Source: Myxococcales bacterium (GTDB taxonomy: Bacteria; Myxococcota_A; UBA9160; SMWR01). From it: a stretch of DNA of 64,000 nucleotides. The notes under the pieces are model-generated. The model saw nothing but the letters and a program-made list of their open reading frames with translations. It made no database searches and was not told the DNA's origin. Positions 1 through 9,331 of this stretch are shown one piece after another. The stretch spans positions 5,532 to 69,531 of the forward strand of contig JABSQW010000044.1 of NCBI GenBank assembly GCA_013215605.1, read 5' to 3'. Each line of letters opens with the position of its first letter. Position 1 is the first letter of the stretch. Both the position numbers and the translations under genes were made by a program.

Positions 1-973
1 ATTTCTTCCCGTGCTCGCAGCGCGGCAGCGCGAGAGCGGCAAGAGTCTTCACCCGGCCCACGACTCGACGGTGTCCGAGCGACTCGACTGGATGGACCGA
101 GTCGGGACTGACCACTGCCTCGTGAACCCAGGCGCTTATTTCGAAGAGCTCTACTTCCTCGGGCCCGAGTTTCGCGCCGAAGGGGTGAAGCGATGCAACC
201 GCTACCTGGGAGAGCAGCTCGCCGACACGAACCGCCTGCATCCGATCGCCATGATCGACTTCACCGATCTCGACGCCGCAGTGACGGAGCTCGAGGAGGC
301 CCGCAGCCTGGGCGCGCGGGGCTTCTTTCTCGTGACCGACTACGGGCGTCCCCCGGGTGCCGTCTCGCCGGGTCATCCGGATTGGGATCGCGTGTGGTCG
401 GCGGCAACCAGCCTGGGAATGATGGCGGTGATCCACGTCGGGAACACCTTTCGCGACTACGGGGGCTGGGGGGACATCGGCTGGCAGCTGCCCGAGAGCG
501 CCGGCATTCCGGGTCTCGTGCGACTCGCCAATACCAAAGTGGATCAGACGGCCGCCAACCTGTTGAGCGCACTGCTCTTCGGCGGCGTCCTCCAGCGCCA
601 CCCGAAACTCACCGTGCTGATCGAGGAAACGCACGCGGGCTGGCTGCCCTGGTTCGTGAAGTCGGCCGGCCGCGCGGCCGCCTCGAATCCGGTGCTCGGC
701 GACTGGCCCTACTCGCGAACCGGAGAGGAGATGCTCCGCGACCAGGTGCGCCTCACCCCCCTCCCGGGATTCGGGGACGACGACGCCCTCGAAGTACTGG
801 CGGCGCTCCCGGACATGACAGTCTGGTCTTCCGACTATCCCCACCAGGAGGGCAACGCCGATCCCATCGCCCTGTACCAGCCAGCCCTCGACGGCCTCGA
901 TGCCGCGCTGCGCAGACGCTTCCTCGGCGGAACGATGGAGGAGAGCTTCGCCCGCATGGGCGACCCCCTCTAG
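1..973 (+). CDS. amidohydrolase-2 family metal-dependent hydrolase (5' end probably outside window)
   Basis: ORF 11..973 stays open in frame back to base 2. The C-terminal VWSSDYPHQEG motif and overall pattern fit Amidohydro_2 TIM-barrel enzymes. The N-terminal HxH metal motif is not visible, so the true start is likely upstream of the window. Confidence 0.7.
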   Translation, partial: FLPVLAARQRESGKSLHPAHDSTVSERLDWMDRVGTDHCLVNPGAYFEELYFLGPEFRAEGVKRCNRYLGEQLADTNRLHPIAMIDFTDLDAAVTELEEARSLGARGFFLVTDYGRPPGAVSPGHPDWDRVWSAATSLGMMAVIHVGNTFRDYGGWGDIGWQLPESAGIPGLVRLANTKVDQTAANLLSALLFGGVLQRHPKLTVLIEETHAGWLPWFVKSAGRAAASNPVLGDWPYSRTGEEMLRDQVRLTPLPGFGDDDALEVLAALPDMTVWSSDYPHQEGNADPIALYQPALDGLDAALRRRFLGGTMEESFARMGDPL

Positions 974-2230
974 TCAGGCGGGGCGCAGGCGATAACGAAT
1001 CGGCAGGTGCTTGACGCCGCCCACCAGCGCTGAGTACAGGCGCTCCGGCGGACCGGCGAGCTCCATTTCCTCGATGCGCGGCAGCAGATGCTTGTAGGCC
1101 ATCTCCATCTCGAGTCGCGCCAGGTGGGCACCGGCGCAGAAGTGCTCGCCGACACCGAACGCGAGGTGTCGATTCGGACGCCGTGTGACGTCGAACTCGA
1201 ACGGCCGATCGAAGACCTCTTCGTCGCGATTCGCCGATCCGTAGAAGAGCCCGACGCGCTGCCCGTCGAGGATCTTCTGGCCGCGAATCTCGGTGTCGCG
1301 GGTGGCGGTGCGTGCGAAGTGGATGATGGGGCTCGTCCAGCGCAGCACTTCCTCGATCGCCGGGCGGAGCAGGGTCGGATCCTTCTGCACGAGGTGCAGC
1401 TGGTCGGGGTGCTCGGCAAACGCGAGCACACCGCCGCTGGTGCCGTTTCGGGTCGTCTCGTTGCCCGCGACGACGATGATGAAGCACCACGCGAGCACGT
1501 CCATCGGCTCGAGCTTCTTGCCGTCGACCTCGGCGTTGGCGAATACCGTGACCAGATCTTCGGCCGGCTTCTTCCGCCGCTCCTCGACGAGCTTGGTGAA
1601 ATAGGTGAAGAGTTCGATCATCGCGGCGTTGGCGGTCTGGGCGGCGTCCTCACCCTCCTTCTGGTACTCGGGGTCGCCGGCGCCGATCGTGCGGTTCGTC
1701 CATTCGAAGATCAGGTTCCAGTCGCTCTCGGGCACGCCGAGCAGCCAGGCGATCACGGCGATGGGCAGCGGTGCCGCCACCTTCTCCACGAAGTCGACCG
1801 TATCCCCGTCACCGCTGTCGAGCAGCTCGTCGACGATCTTCTTCGCGATTCGCTCGATGTCGGGGTGCATCTTCTTCATCGCGCGCGGGGTGAAGCGCTT
1901 GCTGATGATCTGGCGGTACTTGTGGTGCTTCGGTGGATCGAGAGCGATCAGCGTCGGCGGGGCATCGAAACGCTCCACGTCCTCCTTCGGGTCTTCGAAC
2001 TCCACGAAGAGCGTGGGGCTGCTGATGAACAGCTCGGGATTCTTGCCCACGTGCATGATGTCGGCGTGCTTGGTGATTGCCCAGAAGGAGTCGCCCGCGT
2101 CGCGCTCGATCCAGTGGACGGGCGATTCGCGTCGCAGCTCGGTCCACACATCGTGGGGGTAACCGTGCTCCACGTAGGTCCTGGGGTGGACGATGTCGAT
2201 TTCGTCCGTGCGGAGGGCGGGGGCTGACAT
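974..2230 (-). CDS. cytochrome P450 monooxygenase
   Basis: 418 aa. Heme-thiolate loop FGVGEHFCAGAHLA (FxxGxHxCxG), K-helix EEVLRW (ExxR) and I-helix AGNETT. Its stop abuts the convergent amidohydrolase stop with no gap. Confidence 0.93.
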   Translation of the reverse strand: MSAPALRTDEIDIVHPRTYVEHGYPHDVWTELRRESPVHWIERDAGDSFWAITKHADIMHVGKNPELFISSPTLFVEFEDPKEDVERFDAPPTLIALDPPKHHKYRQIISKRFTPRAMKKMHPDIERIAKKIVDELLDSGDGDTVDFVEKVAAPLPIAVIAWLLGVPESDWNLIFEWTNRTIGAGDPEYQKEGEDAAQTANAAMIELFTYFTKLVEERRKKPAEDLVTVFANAEVDGKKLEPMDVLAWCFIIVVAGNETTRNGTSGGVLAFAEHPDQLHLVQKDPTLLRPAIEEVLRWTSPIIHFARTATRDTEIRGQKILDGQRVGLFYGSANRDEEVFDRPFEFDVTRRPNRHLAFGVGEHFCAGAHLARLEMEMAYKHLLPRIEEMELAGPPERLYSALVGGVKHLPIRYRLRPA

Positions 2231-2260
2231 GGTCTCTTCCTTCCTGGTGTTCTTGGGGTT

Positions 2261-2872
2261 TCAGCCGGTGGAGCGTTCACTCGCATCGAGGCCGAGCCCG
2301 GGGATCATTCTTCGGTGAAGCAGTGAGCGGAGCTCGCTTTCGTCGCGCGGAGCGGGCCCGTCGAGGACGAGCAACGAGAGCATCCAGCGGATCAGGATCT
2401 CGGCGACTTCGTCGACGTCCTCGAGCAGGTCGGGGCGGTCGGTGAAGAGTTCGCCGAGCACTTGTCGCGCGATGGCGAGACTGGCGGGGCGCAGCGCCGC
2501 GCGCGATCCGAAGCCGTCTGCCTCGCTGGCACTCGTCACCGCGAGCCCGGGCTCGTTCGGAATCTCCCGCAGGGCAAAGAGTACGGCCTCCACGACCTGT
2601 TCGGCGGGCGTCGAAAAGTCCCGGGAGTTCGCGATGAGGCGCTCTCCCAGCGCACGGCCCGCCCGATCGAGGGCGCTGTGGAGAAGCTCGTCTCGGCTCG
2701 CGAAGTACGTGTAGATCGTGGGCTTGGTCACGCCCGCCGCGGCGGCGATGTCGCTCATCCCCGTCTTCTCGAGCCCGTAGCGCTGTAGGCAGGCGATGGC
2801 GGCGTCCATCAGGCGCTCTCGCGCCTGCTCGGTGCTCGTCGGAGGTCGGCCTGACCAGCCTCGGGTCGCCAT
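2261..2872 (-). CDS. TetR/AcrR family transcriptional regulator
   Basis: N-terminal HTH ...KTGMSDIAAAAGVTKPTIYTYFASRDEL... is typical of TetR_N. ATG at 2872 (MATRGW...) is preferred over the ORF-track start at 2890. Divergent from the epoxide hydrolase gene. Confidence 0.88.
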   Translation of the reverse strand: MATRGWSGRPPTSTEQARERLMDAAIACLQRYGLEKTGMSDIAAAAGVTKPTIYTYFASRDELLHSALDRAGRALGERLIANSRDFSTPAEQVVEAVLFALREIPNEPGLAVTSASEADGFGSRAALRPASLAIARQVLGELFTDRPDLLEDVDEVAEILIRWMLSLLVLDGPAPRDESELRSLLHRRMIPGLGLDASERSTG

Positions 2873-2956
2873 CGCGGAGAAGTTAACCAACTTTATTCAG
2901 ATTGGAAATTGGTAAGATCCGCCGACATCCTTCCCTGCTGGAACCGGAGGACTCCC
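2873..2956. promoter_or_regulatory. AT-rich divergent promoter/operator region between TetR and epoxide hydrolase genes
   Basis: agttaaccaactttattcagattggaaattggtaagat is a local AT-rich island in a GC-rich genome. It contains CCAA...TTGG inverted repeats (CCAACTTTATTCAGATTGG, TTAACCAA / TTGGTAA) and a TAAGAT -10-like hexamer at 2913..2918. GGAGG at 2946..2950 precedes GTG 2957. Confidence 0.45.
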
Positions 2957-4099
2957 GTGTCGACCGACAGCGTCAGCCCCTTCCGTATCCATGCCACGGA
3001 CGCCGAGCTCGAGGATCTGAAGCGACGGCTTCGGGCGACGCGCTGGCCCGAGCACGAAACCGTGGACGACTGGTCCCAGGGGATCCCCCTCGCCTACGTC
3101 CAGGAAATCGCCAGCTATTGGGCCGAGACGTACGACTGGCGCGCGCGCGAAGCGCGCCTCAACGCGTTCCCACAGTTTCACACCGAGATCGACGGTTGTG
3201 CCATTCACTTCGTTCACGTTCGCTCGCCCCACGAGGACGCGCTGCCCCTCTTGATCACCCACGGTTGGCCCGGGTCGATCGTCGAGTTCCAGGAGGTGAT
3301 CGGTCCGCTCAGCGATCCCACGGCCCACGGCGGCGCTGCCCGCGACGCCTTTCACGTCGTCTGTCCTTCGCTACCGGGCTACGGCTTCTCGGGAAAACCC
3401 AGCGCCACGGGTTGGGACGGGCGGCGGATCGCCGACGCCTGGGGTGTGTTGATGCAGCGCCTCGGCTACTCGCGCTACGTCGCCCAGGGCGGCGACTGGG
3501 GCGCTCTGGTCACGACCTGCATCGGCCACCAGGATCCGAAACACTGCGCGGCGATCCACCTCAACATGCCCATGGTACCGCCGGACCCCGAGACGAAGGA
3601 CGATCTGACGCCCGCCGAGCAGGCGAGCCGCGCAGCCATGCTGGAGCATCGCCGATGGGGCACGGGCTACTCGAAGCAGCAGAGCACGCGGCCCCAGACA
3701 CTCGGCTACGGACTCGTGGACTCGCCCGCGGGCCAGGCGGCCTGGATCCTCGAGAAGTTCTGGGCCTGGACCGACTGCGACGGCCACCCCGAGAACGCTC
3801 TCACGCGCGACCAGCTGCTGGACAACGTCATGCTCTACTGGCTACCCGGGACGGGAGCCTCGTCCGCGCGTCTCTACTGGGAGAGCTTCCGAAAGCCGCC
3901 CCGGGACCCGGTCCAGGTTCCCGTCGGCTGCAGCATCTTTCCGAAGGAGATCCTCTACACGTCGCGGCGCTGGGCCGAGAAGCACTTCGGCTCCCTGCTG
4001 TATTGGAACGAGCTCGAGCGCGGCGGGCACTTCGCGGCCTTCGAGCAGCCCGCGATCTTCGTGGACGAGCTTCGAAACTGCTTTCGCCCGCTGCGCTAG
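2957..4099 (+). CDS. epoxide hydrolase (alpha/beta hydrolase with N-terminal EHN domain)
   Basis: PFRIHATDAELEDLKRRL...RWP N-terminal epoxide-hydrolase domain, HGWPGS oxyanion motif and GGDWGA nucleophile elbow. GTG 2957 with GGAGG 6 nt upstream is preferred; the ORF-track start at 2909 is the alternative. Confidence 0.9.
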   Translation: MSTDSVSPFRIHATDAELEDLKRRLRATRWPEHETVDDWSQGIPLAYVQEIASYWAETYDWRAREARLNAFPQFHTEIDGCAIHFVHVRSPHEDALPLLITHGWPGSIVEFQEVIGPLSDPTAHGGAARDAFHVVCPSLPGYGFSGKPSATGWDGRRIADAWGVLMQRLGYSRYVAQGGDWGALVTTCIGHQDPKHCAAIHLNMPMVPPDPETKDDLTPAEQASRAAMLEHRRWGTGYSKQQSTRPQTLGYGLVDSPAGQAAWILEKFWAWTDCDGHPENALTRDQLLDNVMLYWLPGTGASSARLYWESFRKPPRDPVQVPVGCSIFPKEILYTSRRWAEKHFGSLLYWNELERGGHFAAFEQPAIFVDELRNCFRPLR

Positions 4100-4160
4100 C
4101 CGAAGCACCGGATTCGAGCGCGATCCGTCGAGTACTCGACTGCCCCGCCCCACGGGTCTC

Positions 4161-5054
4161 GTGCGCGTTCGACTTGTGCTCGGCCTCGGGCCGCGCCAAT
4201 CTCTCAGCTCCCCCTTTCACCACCGAGCCCCCCTCGGAGCGCCCTTGCGCCTGACCGTGATCTCCGCGGCCGCAGCACTCGGCGCGGCCCTCGCATCGGG
4301 CCACGCCCTTGCCGAAGAGTCGGCCCAGCCCGGATCGGCCGAGACTTCCGAAGAGGCCGAGCTGCTCGACTACGAGGACGACCCGCTCTTCGACATGGAG
4401 CTCGACGCCCTCGAGCCCGACGACCCCTGGGAGACCGCCAACCGCGGGATCTTCGCCTTCAATCGCGTGGTCGACCGCTGGGCGTGGCGCCCCATCACCG
4501 CGACCTACCAGTTCATCGTTCCAACGTTCTTCCGGCGCGGGATCCACCGCATCTTCTTGAACGCCGAGACACCGGCGATCGTCGTGAATCAACTCCTGCA
4601 AGCGGAGTGGCGGGCGAGCGGGCTCACGATCGCGCGCTTCGTCCTGAACTCCACGGCCGGCTACGGGGGCTTCTTCGACGCTGCCGACATCGGCGCCGGT
4701 TGGAAGCGCCACGACGAAGACTTCGGCCAGACCCTCGCGGTGTGGGGGCTGTCGAGCGGTCCCTACGTCGTCATTCCGGTATTCGGACCGTCGACGGTCC
4801 GCGACTCGGTGGGGACGATCGTGGACCGGTCCTTGGATCCGCTCACGTTCATCATCGGACCCCTCAAGTGGATCCTCTTCCTGGGAGCCGGCGAGGGCAT
4901 CTCGATCCGCGAGGCCAACGCCGACGAGCTGCGCGAGCTCGAGGAGTCGTCGATCGATTTCTATGCAGCGCTTCGCAGCGCCTACTTTCAGGTGCGCGAA
5001 TCGGATATCGCAAACCACATCGAGGAGCGCGAGCGCCAACGCGCGGAGCGCTGA
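4161..5054 (+). CDS. mlaA: MlaA/VacJ family outer-membrane lipoprotein
   Basis: NRGIFAFNRVVDRWAWRPI...LNSTAGYGGFFD...DEDFGQTLAVWG...GPYVVIPVFGPSTVRD matches the VacJ family. The start is uncertain (GTG 4161 or an internal TTG near 4245 before the signal-like LTVISAAAALGAALA). Confidence 0.85.
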   Translation: MRVRLVLGLGPRQSLSSPFHHRAPLGAPLRLTVISAAAALGAALASGHALAEESAQPGSAETSEEAELLDYEDDPLFDMELDALEPDDPWETANRGIFAFNRVVDRWAWRPITATYQFIVPTFFRRGIHRIFLNAETPAIVVNQLLQAEWRASGLTIARFVLNSTAGYGGFFDAADIGAGWKRHDEDFGQTLAVWGLSSGPYVVIPVFGPSTVRDSVGTIVDRSLDPLTFIIGPLKWILFLGAGEGISIREANADELRELEESSIDFYAALRSAYFQVRESDIANHIEERERQRAER

Positions 5055-5177
5055 GCGCCCTGGGCGCCCTGGGCGCCGATGGATCGCGTATCCTGCGCGG
5101 TCGTGCGCCAAGGGAGTCGCGGGGTGAGCGAAGCGTCTCGGCTGGGTCCGGAATACCGCACGAAGTCTCTGCGGCGG

Positions 5178-6827
5178 ATGCGCGAAGAGACGTTCGACAT
5201 CGTCGTCGTCGGGGGCGGCGTCACGGGGTGCGGTGTGGCTCTCGACGCGTGCACCCGGGGTCTGTCGGTCGCGGTGATCGAGAAACGGGACTTCGGTGCG
5301 GGCACGTCGAGTCGGTCGAGCAAGCTCATCCACGGCGGACTCCGCTACCTCGAGCAGCTCCACTTCGGACTCGTGCGAGAGGCGCTCACCGAGCAGTCGC
5401 TGCTGCTGGAGCGTCTGTGTCCGCATCTCGTGCGGCCCGTTCCCTTCCTCTTCCCACTCACCCGCCGCGGCTGGGAGCGGCTGTACATCGGTGCCGGTGT
5501 CCTGCTGTACGACCTCCTTGCCAGCCCGCGTGCGCTGCCCCGCCACCGGCACCTCTCACGCCGCGCGGCGCTCGTCGAGTTCCCGTCGCTGCGCGGGGAC
5601 GCACTCGTCGGCGCGATCCAGTACTGGGACGCGCAGATCGACGACGCCCGCCACACGATGACGTTGGCGAGGACGGCCGCTGCCCACGGAGCCGCCGCAG
5701 CCACGAGCCTGCGCGCCGTGGGATTCCCCACGGAGACTCAACGCGTGGTCGGCGTCGAGGCGCGTTGCCTCGAGACCGGCGAGAACCTCGTGGTGAGGGG
5801 GCGCCAGATCATCAACGCGTCGGGCGTGTGGTCCGAGGAAGTGCGCGACCTCTCGAGTGACGGCCCCCTGCGCGTGCGCGCGTCGAAGGGCATCCACCTG
5901 CTCGTGCCGCGCGACCGCATCACGTCGCAGTCGGGTCTCATCGCGCGGACGGCGAGCAGCGTGCTGTTCGTGATCCCGTGGAAAGAGCACTGGATCATCG
6001 GCACCACCGACACCGCCTGGGAGCTCGACAAGGATCACCCTGCGGCCAGTCGCGTCGACATCGACTACCTGCTCGCCACCGTGAACGACTGGCTGCACTC
6101 TCCACTCGGTTACGAAGACGTGGTGGGCGTGTACGCCGGTCTGCGGCCTCTCCTCCACGGGGAGGACGATTCTACGAGCCAACTCTCGCGCGAGCACGCC
6201 GTCACCACCGCGAAGTCGGGTCTGATCAGCATCGCGGGCGGGAAGTACACCACGTACCGCGTGATGGCGAAGGATGCAGTGGACGTCGCGGCGGGGCGTC
6301 TCGGGCGCAGCGTTCCGGCATCGAAGACGGATCACACGCCGCTCGTCGGTGCGCTGGGCTTCGAAGCGTGCAAGCAGCGCCGCGAGGAACTCGCCGCCAC
6401 ACTCGGCGTCCGCCCCGACGACGTCGACCGTCTGCTCGGCCGCTACGGCGACGCGATCGAGGAACTCGTCGCCCTCGTGAAGTCGCGGCCGGACCTCGCG
6501 TCCCCCATCGACGGAGCCGAGGCCTATCTGTGCGTCGAGGCCGCGTACGCGGTGAGCCACGAGGCCGCCCTGCACGTCGACGACGTCCTCACGCGCCGCA
6601 CCCGAATCTCCATCGAAACACCGGACCGCGGAGTCAGCGCGGCGCGAACGGTCGCCGACCTCATGGCCCAGACCCTCGGCTGGGACGACGCCACCCGTGA
6701 CCGTGAGCTCGAACACTATGACGCCCGCGTCGCGGCCGAGCGCGAATCGCAGGAGCAGCCCAACGACCGCACGGCCGACGCCGCCCGCCTGGGCGCCCCG
6801 GACGTTCGCACCTCGGGCTCCCCCTAG
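5178..6827 (+). CDS. glpD: FAD-dependent glycerol-3-phosphate dehydrogenase
   Basis: FDIVVVGGGVTGCGVALDA dinucleotide fold, SSRSSKLIHGGLRYLE, and the long C-terminal GlpD-type domain. ATG 5178 (MREETFDIVVVGGG) is preferred; the ORF-track start at 5079 is the alternative. Confidence 0.9.
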   Translation: MREETFDIVVVGGGVTGCGVALDACTRGLSVAVIEKRDFGAGTSSRSSKLIHGGLRYLEQLHFGLVREALTEQSLLLERLCPHLVRPVPFLFPLTRRGWERLYIGAGVLLYDLLASPRALPRHRHLSRRAALVEFPSLRGDALVGAIQYWDAQIDDARHTMTLARTAAAHGAAAATSLRAVGFPTETQRVVGVEARCLETGENLVVRGRQIINASGVWSEEVRDLSSDGPLRVRASKGIHLLVPRDRITSQSGLIARTASSVLFVIPWKEHWIIGTTDTAWELDKDHPAASRVDIDYLLATVNDWLHSPLGYEDVVGVYAGLRPLLHGEDDSTSQLSREHAVTTAKSGLISIAGGKYTTYRVMAKDAVDVAAGRLGRSVPASKTDHTPLVGALGFEACKQRREELAATLGVRPDDVDRLLGRYGDAIEELVALVKSRPDLASPIDGAEAYLCVEAAYAVSHEAALHVDDVLTRRTRISIETPDRGVSAARTVADLMAQTLGWDDATRDRELEHYDARVAAERESQEQPNDRTADAARLGAPDVRTSGSP

Positions 6828-6915
6828 GCTCGACCCCTCGCCGCGGGTCTCTCCTCCGGTCGAAAGACGCGCAACGTCGGCGAGTTGGGCAGCAGTGTCC
6901 CCAAGTTGCGCGGGA

Positions 6916-7368
6916 TCAGGTGTCGGCGCCGGGGAGGTTGCCTTGTTTGCCGAAGTGGCCCTTGCCGGGGACGAAGTTGGCTTCGACGCGGAGGCCGTCG
7001 GGGTCTTCGAAGAGGACGGAGTAGTAGCCGGGAGCGAAGTCGCCTACTTCGGGCGGGTGGACGATGTGGGCGTCGAGCTCGTCGACGGCGAAGCGGTGGA
7101 TGGCGTCCACGTCGTCGGCAGAGCGGGCGCGGAAACAGAAGTGGTGGAGACCCGGACGATCCTGGTCGAAACGGGTCGATCGGTGTTCCGGCGTCGACTC
7201 GCGAACCAGCACGCCGGTGCGACTGCCGATGCAATAGACGGTGTTCTCGCTCTTGATGAGCGTCTTCATGCCGAGGAAGTGACAGAGCTTCTCCCAGAAC
7301 GGAAGACAGCGCTCGATGTCGTTCACGCTGAGCTGGATGTGGGCGATTCCATTCACGGAGACGGACAC
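6916..7368 (-). CDS. VOC (glyoxalase/bleomycin-resistance/extradiol dioxygenase) family protein
   Basis: IAHIQLSVNDIERCLPFWEKL...HHFCFRA...VLFEDPDGLRVE is a typical VOC fold. GTG 7368 is preceded by GGAGG. The longer ORF to 7527 would overlap the upstream protease gene by 94 nt. Confidence 0.8.
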   Translation of the reverse strand: MSVSVNGIAHIQLSVNDIERCLPFWEKLCHFLGMKTLIKSENTVYCIGSRTGVLVRESTPEHRSTRFDQDRPGLHHFCFRARSADDVDAIHRFAVDELDAHIVHPPEVGDFAPGYYSVLFEDPDGLRVEANFVPGKGHFGKQGNLPGADT

Positions 7369-7433
7369 GGCGTCCTCCTGGTTTCCGGCTCGAAGAGCGA
7401 GCCTGGCAATGTGTTCGAAACCCTGGCGGACCC

Positions 7434-8729
7434 CTAGCCCGACGGAGAAGAAAATCCCCAGATCTCGAGCGAGTCGCGCGTCGCTTCGAACCAGCGCAGG
7501 TAGACCGCCGCATATTCGGCGGGACATTCGGCGGTAATCACGATGACGCGACCGTCGCCCACCTCCACGACGGTGACGTGCTCCGCGCGATCCCCGCCCC
7601 CGGTTTCGATCAGCGCTTCGACCGCGCGATGCCCGTCCACCTGGAGCGATTGGTACATCCGCAGGCGACCGCGGCCCATGTAGAACGTCGAGTAGCGCTC
7701 GAAGTACTCCTCCAGGCTGTCATACCGCTCGACCACCACCTGGAACAACGCCGAGTAGTCCCAGGTGACCCCGTCGACGGCCACCATTCCGCGCGACGTT
7801 TCGACTCGCATCCACCCGTAGGGCGGACGCAGTGTGTAGCCGAAGCGCGCGTCGACGTACGGCGCGATCGCGAGCTGCGGCGCTCCCGTCGGGGGGAGCA
7901 CGGGCCCTCGCTCGGTTTTTCTGCCCGCCGGTAGTCGCCCGAAGATTGCGCCGTTCGGCAGCTGGTAGAGCGAGACGAACGTGTTGACGTCCTCGACGGA
8001 GAGCCCCGGAACGAGCACGCGGTCCCGCACGCGCTCGAACATGAGGTCGGCGGGGATCGGGCTGTGAGAACGCATCCCCAGGAGGTGGCCGATCTCGTGG
8101 AGTGCGATCCACTTCACCTGCTCGGACGTGAGCAGCCCGAACTCGTCGGCCATGAAGATGCGCAACGCCGACACCTCGTACTCGAGCTCGAGACGCTCGG
8201 CGTCGGGGTCGACGCCCGTGGGACGACACGCGCCGCGAAGCCGAACGCTGCCGAAGATCTGCCTGTCGCGCACCTCCGGCGCAACCTCGGGAATCAGCTG
8301 CAGCGCGAAGCGTGCGTCTTCGGGCTCGGCGACGCGGCGGAAGGTGACGAGGCCCTCGAGCTCGCGTTCCCACATGGCCAGCGCCTCTTCGGCGGCACGG
8401 ACGTAGCTCGCCGGGTCGCGCGGGCCGAACTCGAACTGGAGGGTTTCGGGGATCTCGGGCGTCGCCACGTAGACGGGAAGCGGCATGTCGTCATCGGACC
8501 AGCGGCACAGCACGAGCAGATCGCCCTCGGGCCCGGCGGCGTGGAAGCGGTGCGCGACGAAGGGGAGGTAGTTGGGTTCGAGGAGGTCGGGGTACGCCGC
8601 AGCGAACGCCGCGTAGTCGCGGCGGTCGGGCGTCCACGAGCGCGAAGATTCGTCGAGGAAGCGGGGGCTGCATCCCGCGACGAGCAGGACGCTGGCGAGC
8701 GCGACACACGGGTTCGCTCCCGGCCTCAC
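7434..8729 (-). CDS. putative zinc metalloprotease lipoprotein (metzincin-like HExxH)
   Basis: Lipobox ...LLVAGCSP at the N-terminus and ALHEIGHLLGMRSH zinc-binding motif. Its GTG start overlaps the smpB stop (GTGA). Confidence 0.65.
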   Translation of the reverse strand: MRPGANPCVALASVLLVAGCSPRFLDESSRSWTPDRRDYAAFAAAYPDLLEPNYLPFVAHRFHAAGPEGDLLVLCRWSDDDMPLPVYVATPEIPETLQFEFGPRDPASYVRAAEEALAMWERELEGLVTFRRVAEPEDARFALQLIPEVAPEVRDRQIFGSVRLRGACRPTGVDPDAERLELEYEVSALRIFMADEFGLLTSEQVKWIALHEIGHLLGMRSHSPIPADLMFERVRDRVLVPGLSVEDVNTFVSLYQLPNGAIFGRLPAGRKTERGPVLPPTGAPQLAIAPYVDARFGYTLRPPYGWMRVETSRGMVAVDGVTWDYSALFQVVVERYDSLEEYFERYSTFYMGRGRLRMYQSLQVDGHRAVEALIETGGGDRAEHVTVVEVGDGRVIVITAECPAEYAAVYLRWFEATRDSLEIWGFSSPSG

Positions 8730-9205
8730 GGGCGGGATCTCCCCCGGCCGCGCATCGTGCGCGCGAGGTCGCGGTCGGTCTCGCGCCGCTTGATCGACTC
8801 GCGCTTGTCGTAGCGCTTCTTGCCGCGGGCGAGTCCGAGCTCGACCTTGGCGCGACCGTTCGCGAAGTAGAGCTTGAGCGGCACGAGCGTGAAGCCGCGC
8901 TCGGCGAGCTTGCCGCCCAGTCGACGGATCTCGGCGCGGTGGAGCAGGAGCTTCCGCTCGCGCAGCGGCTCCGCATTGGCGCGTCCCGCCTGCTCGTACG
9001 CACCGATGTGGAGGTTCAGGAGAAACACCTCGCCACGACGGATGGTCGCGTACGAGTCGGACAGGTTGGCCTTGCCGGCCCGCAGCGCCTTCACCTCCGA
9101 GCCAAGCAGCGACATTCCCGCTTCGAACGTGTCGAAGATCTCGTACTCGAAGCGGGCGCGCCGGTTCGTCGCGATGACGTCGCTTCGTTGCTGCTTCTCC
9201 GCCAT
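8726..9205 (-). CDS. smpB: SsrA-binding protein SmpB
   Basis: 159 aa, MAEKQQRSDVIATNRRARFEYEI...LLGSEVKALR...LLLHRAEIRRL...KRYDKRE, full-length SmpB pattern. The 404-aa ORF in the track is a spurious N-terminal extension. Confidence 0.95.
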   Translation of the reverse strand: MAEKQQRSDVIATNRRARFEYEIFDTFEAGMSLLGSEVKALRAGKANLSDSYATIRRGEVFLLNLHIGAYEQAGRANAEPLRERKLLLHRAEIRRLGGKLAERGFTLVPLKLYFANGRAKVELGLARGKKRYDKRESIKRRETDRDLARTMRGRGRSRP

Positions 9206-9302
9206 GTCGGGTGCGAGCGTAACGCGTCGCCGCGTGCGCCTGAAATCGCGTCGAGCCGGCGCAAACGGCTGCTCAACAGGGGGTTGCGCGCACTGACGGG
9301 CA

Positions 9303-9331
9303 TTGACCCCAGGGCACCTTTCAGGTATACA
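9303..9331 (+). promoter_or_regulatory. sigma70-like promoter candidate upstream of WS/DGAT gene
   Basis: TTGACC (9303..9308), 17 nt spacer, TATACA (9326..9331). This would give a 5' UTR of about 165 nt before ATG 9503. Confidence 0.5.
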
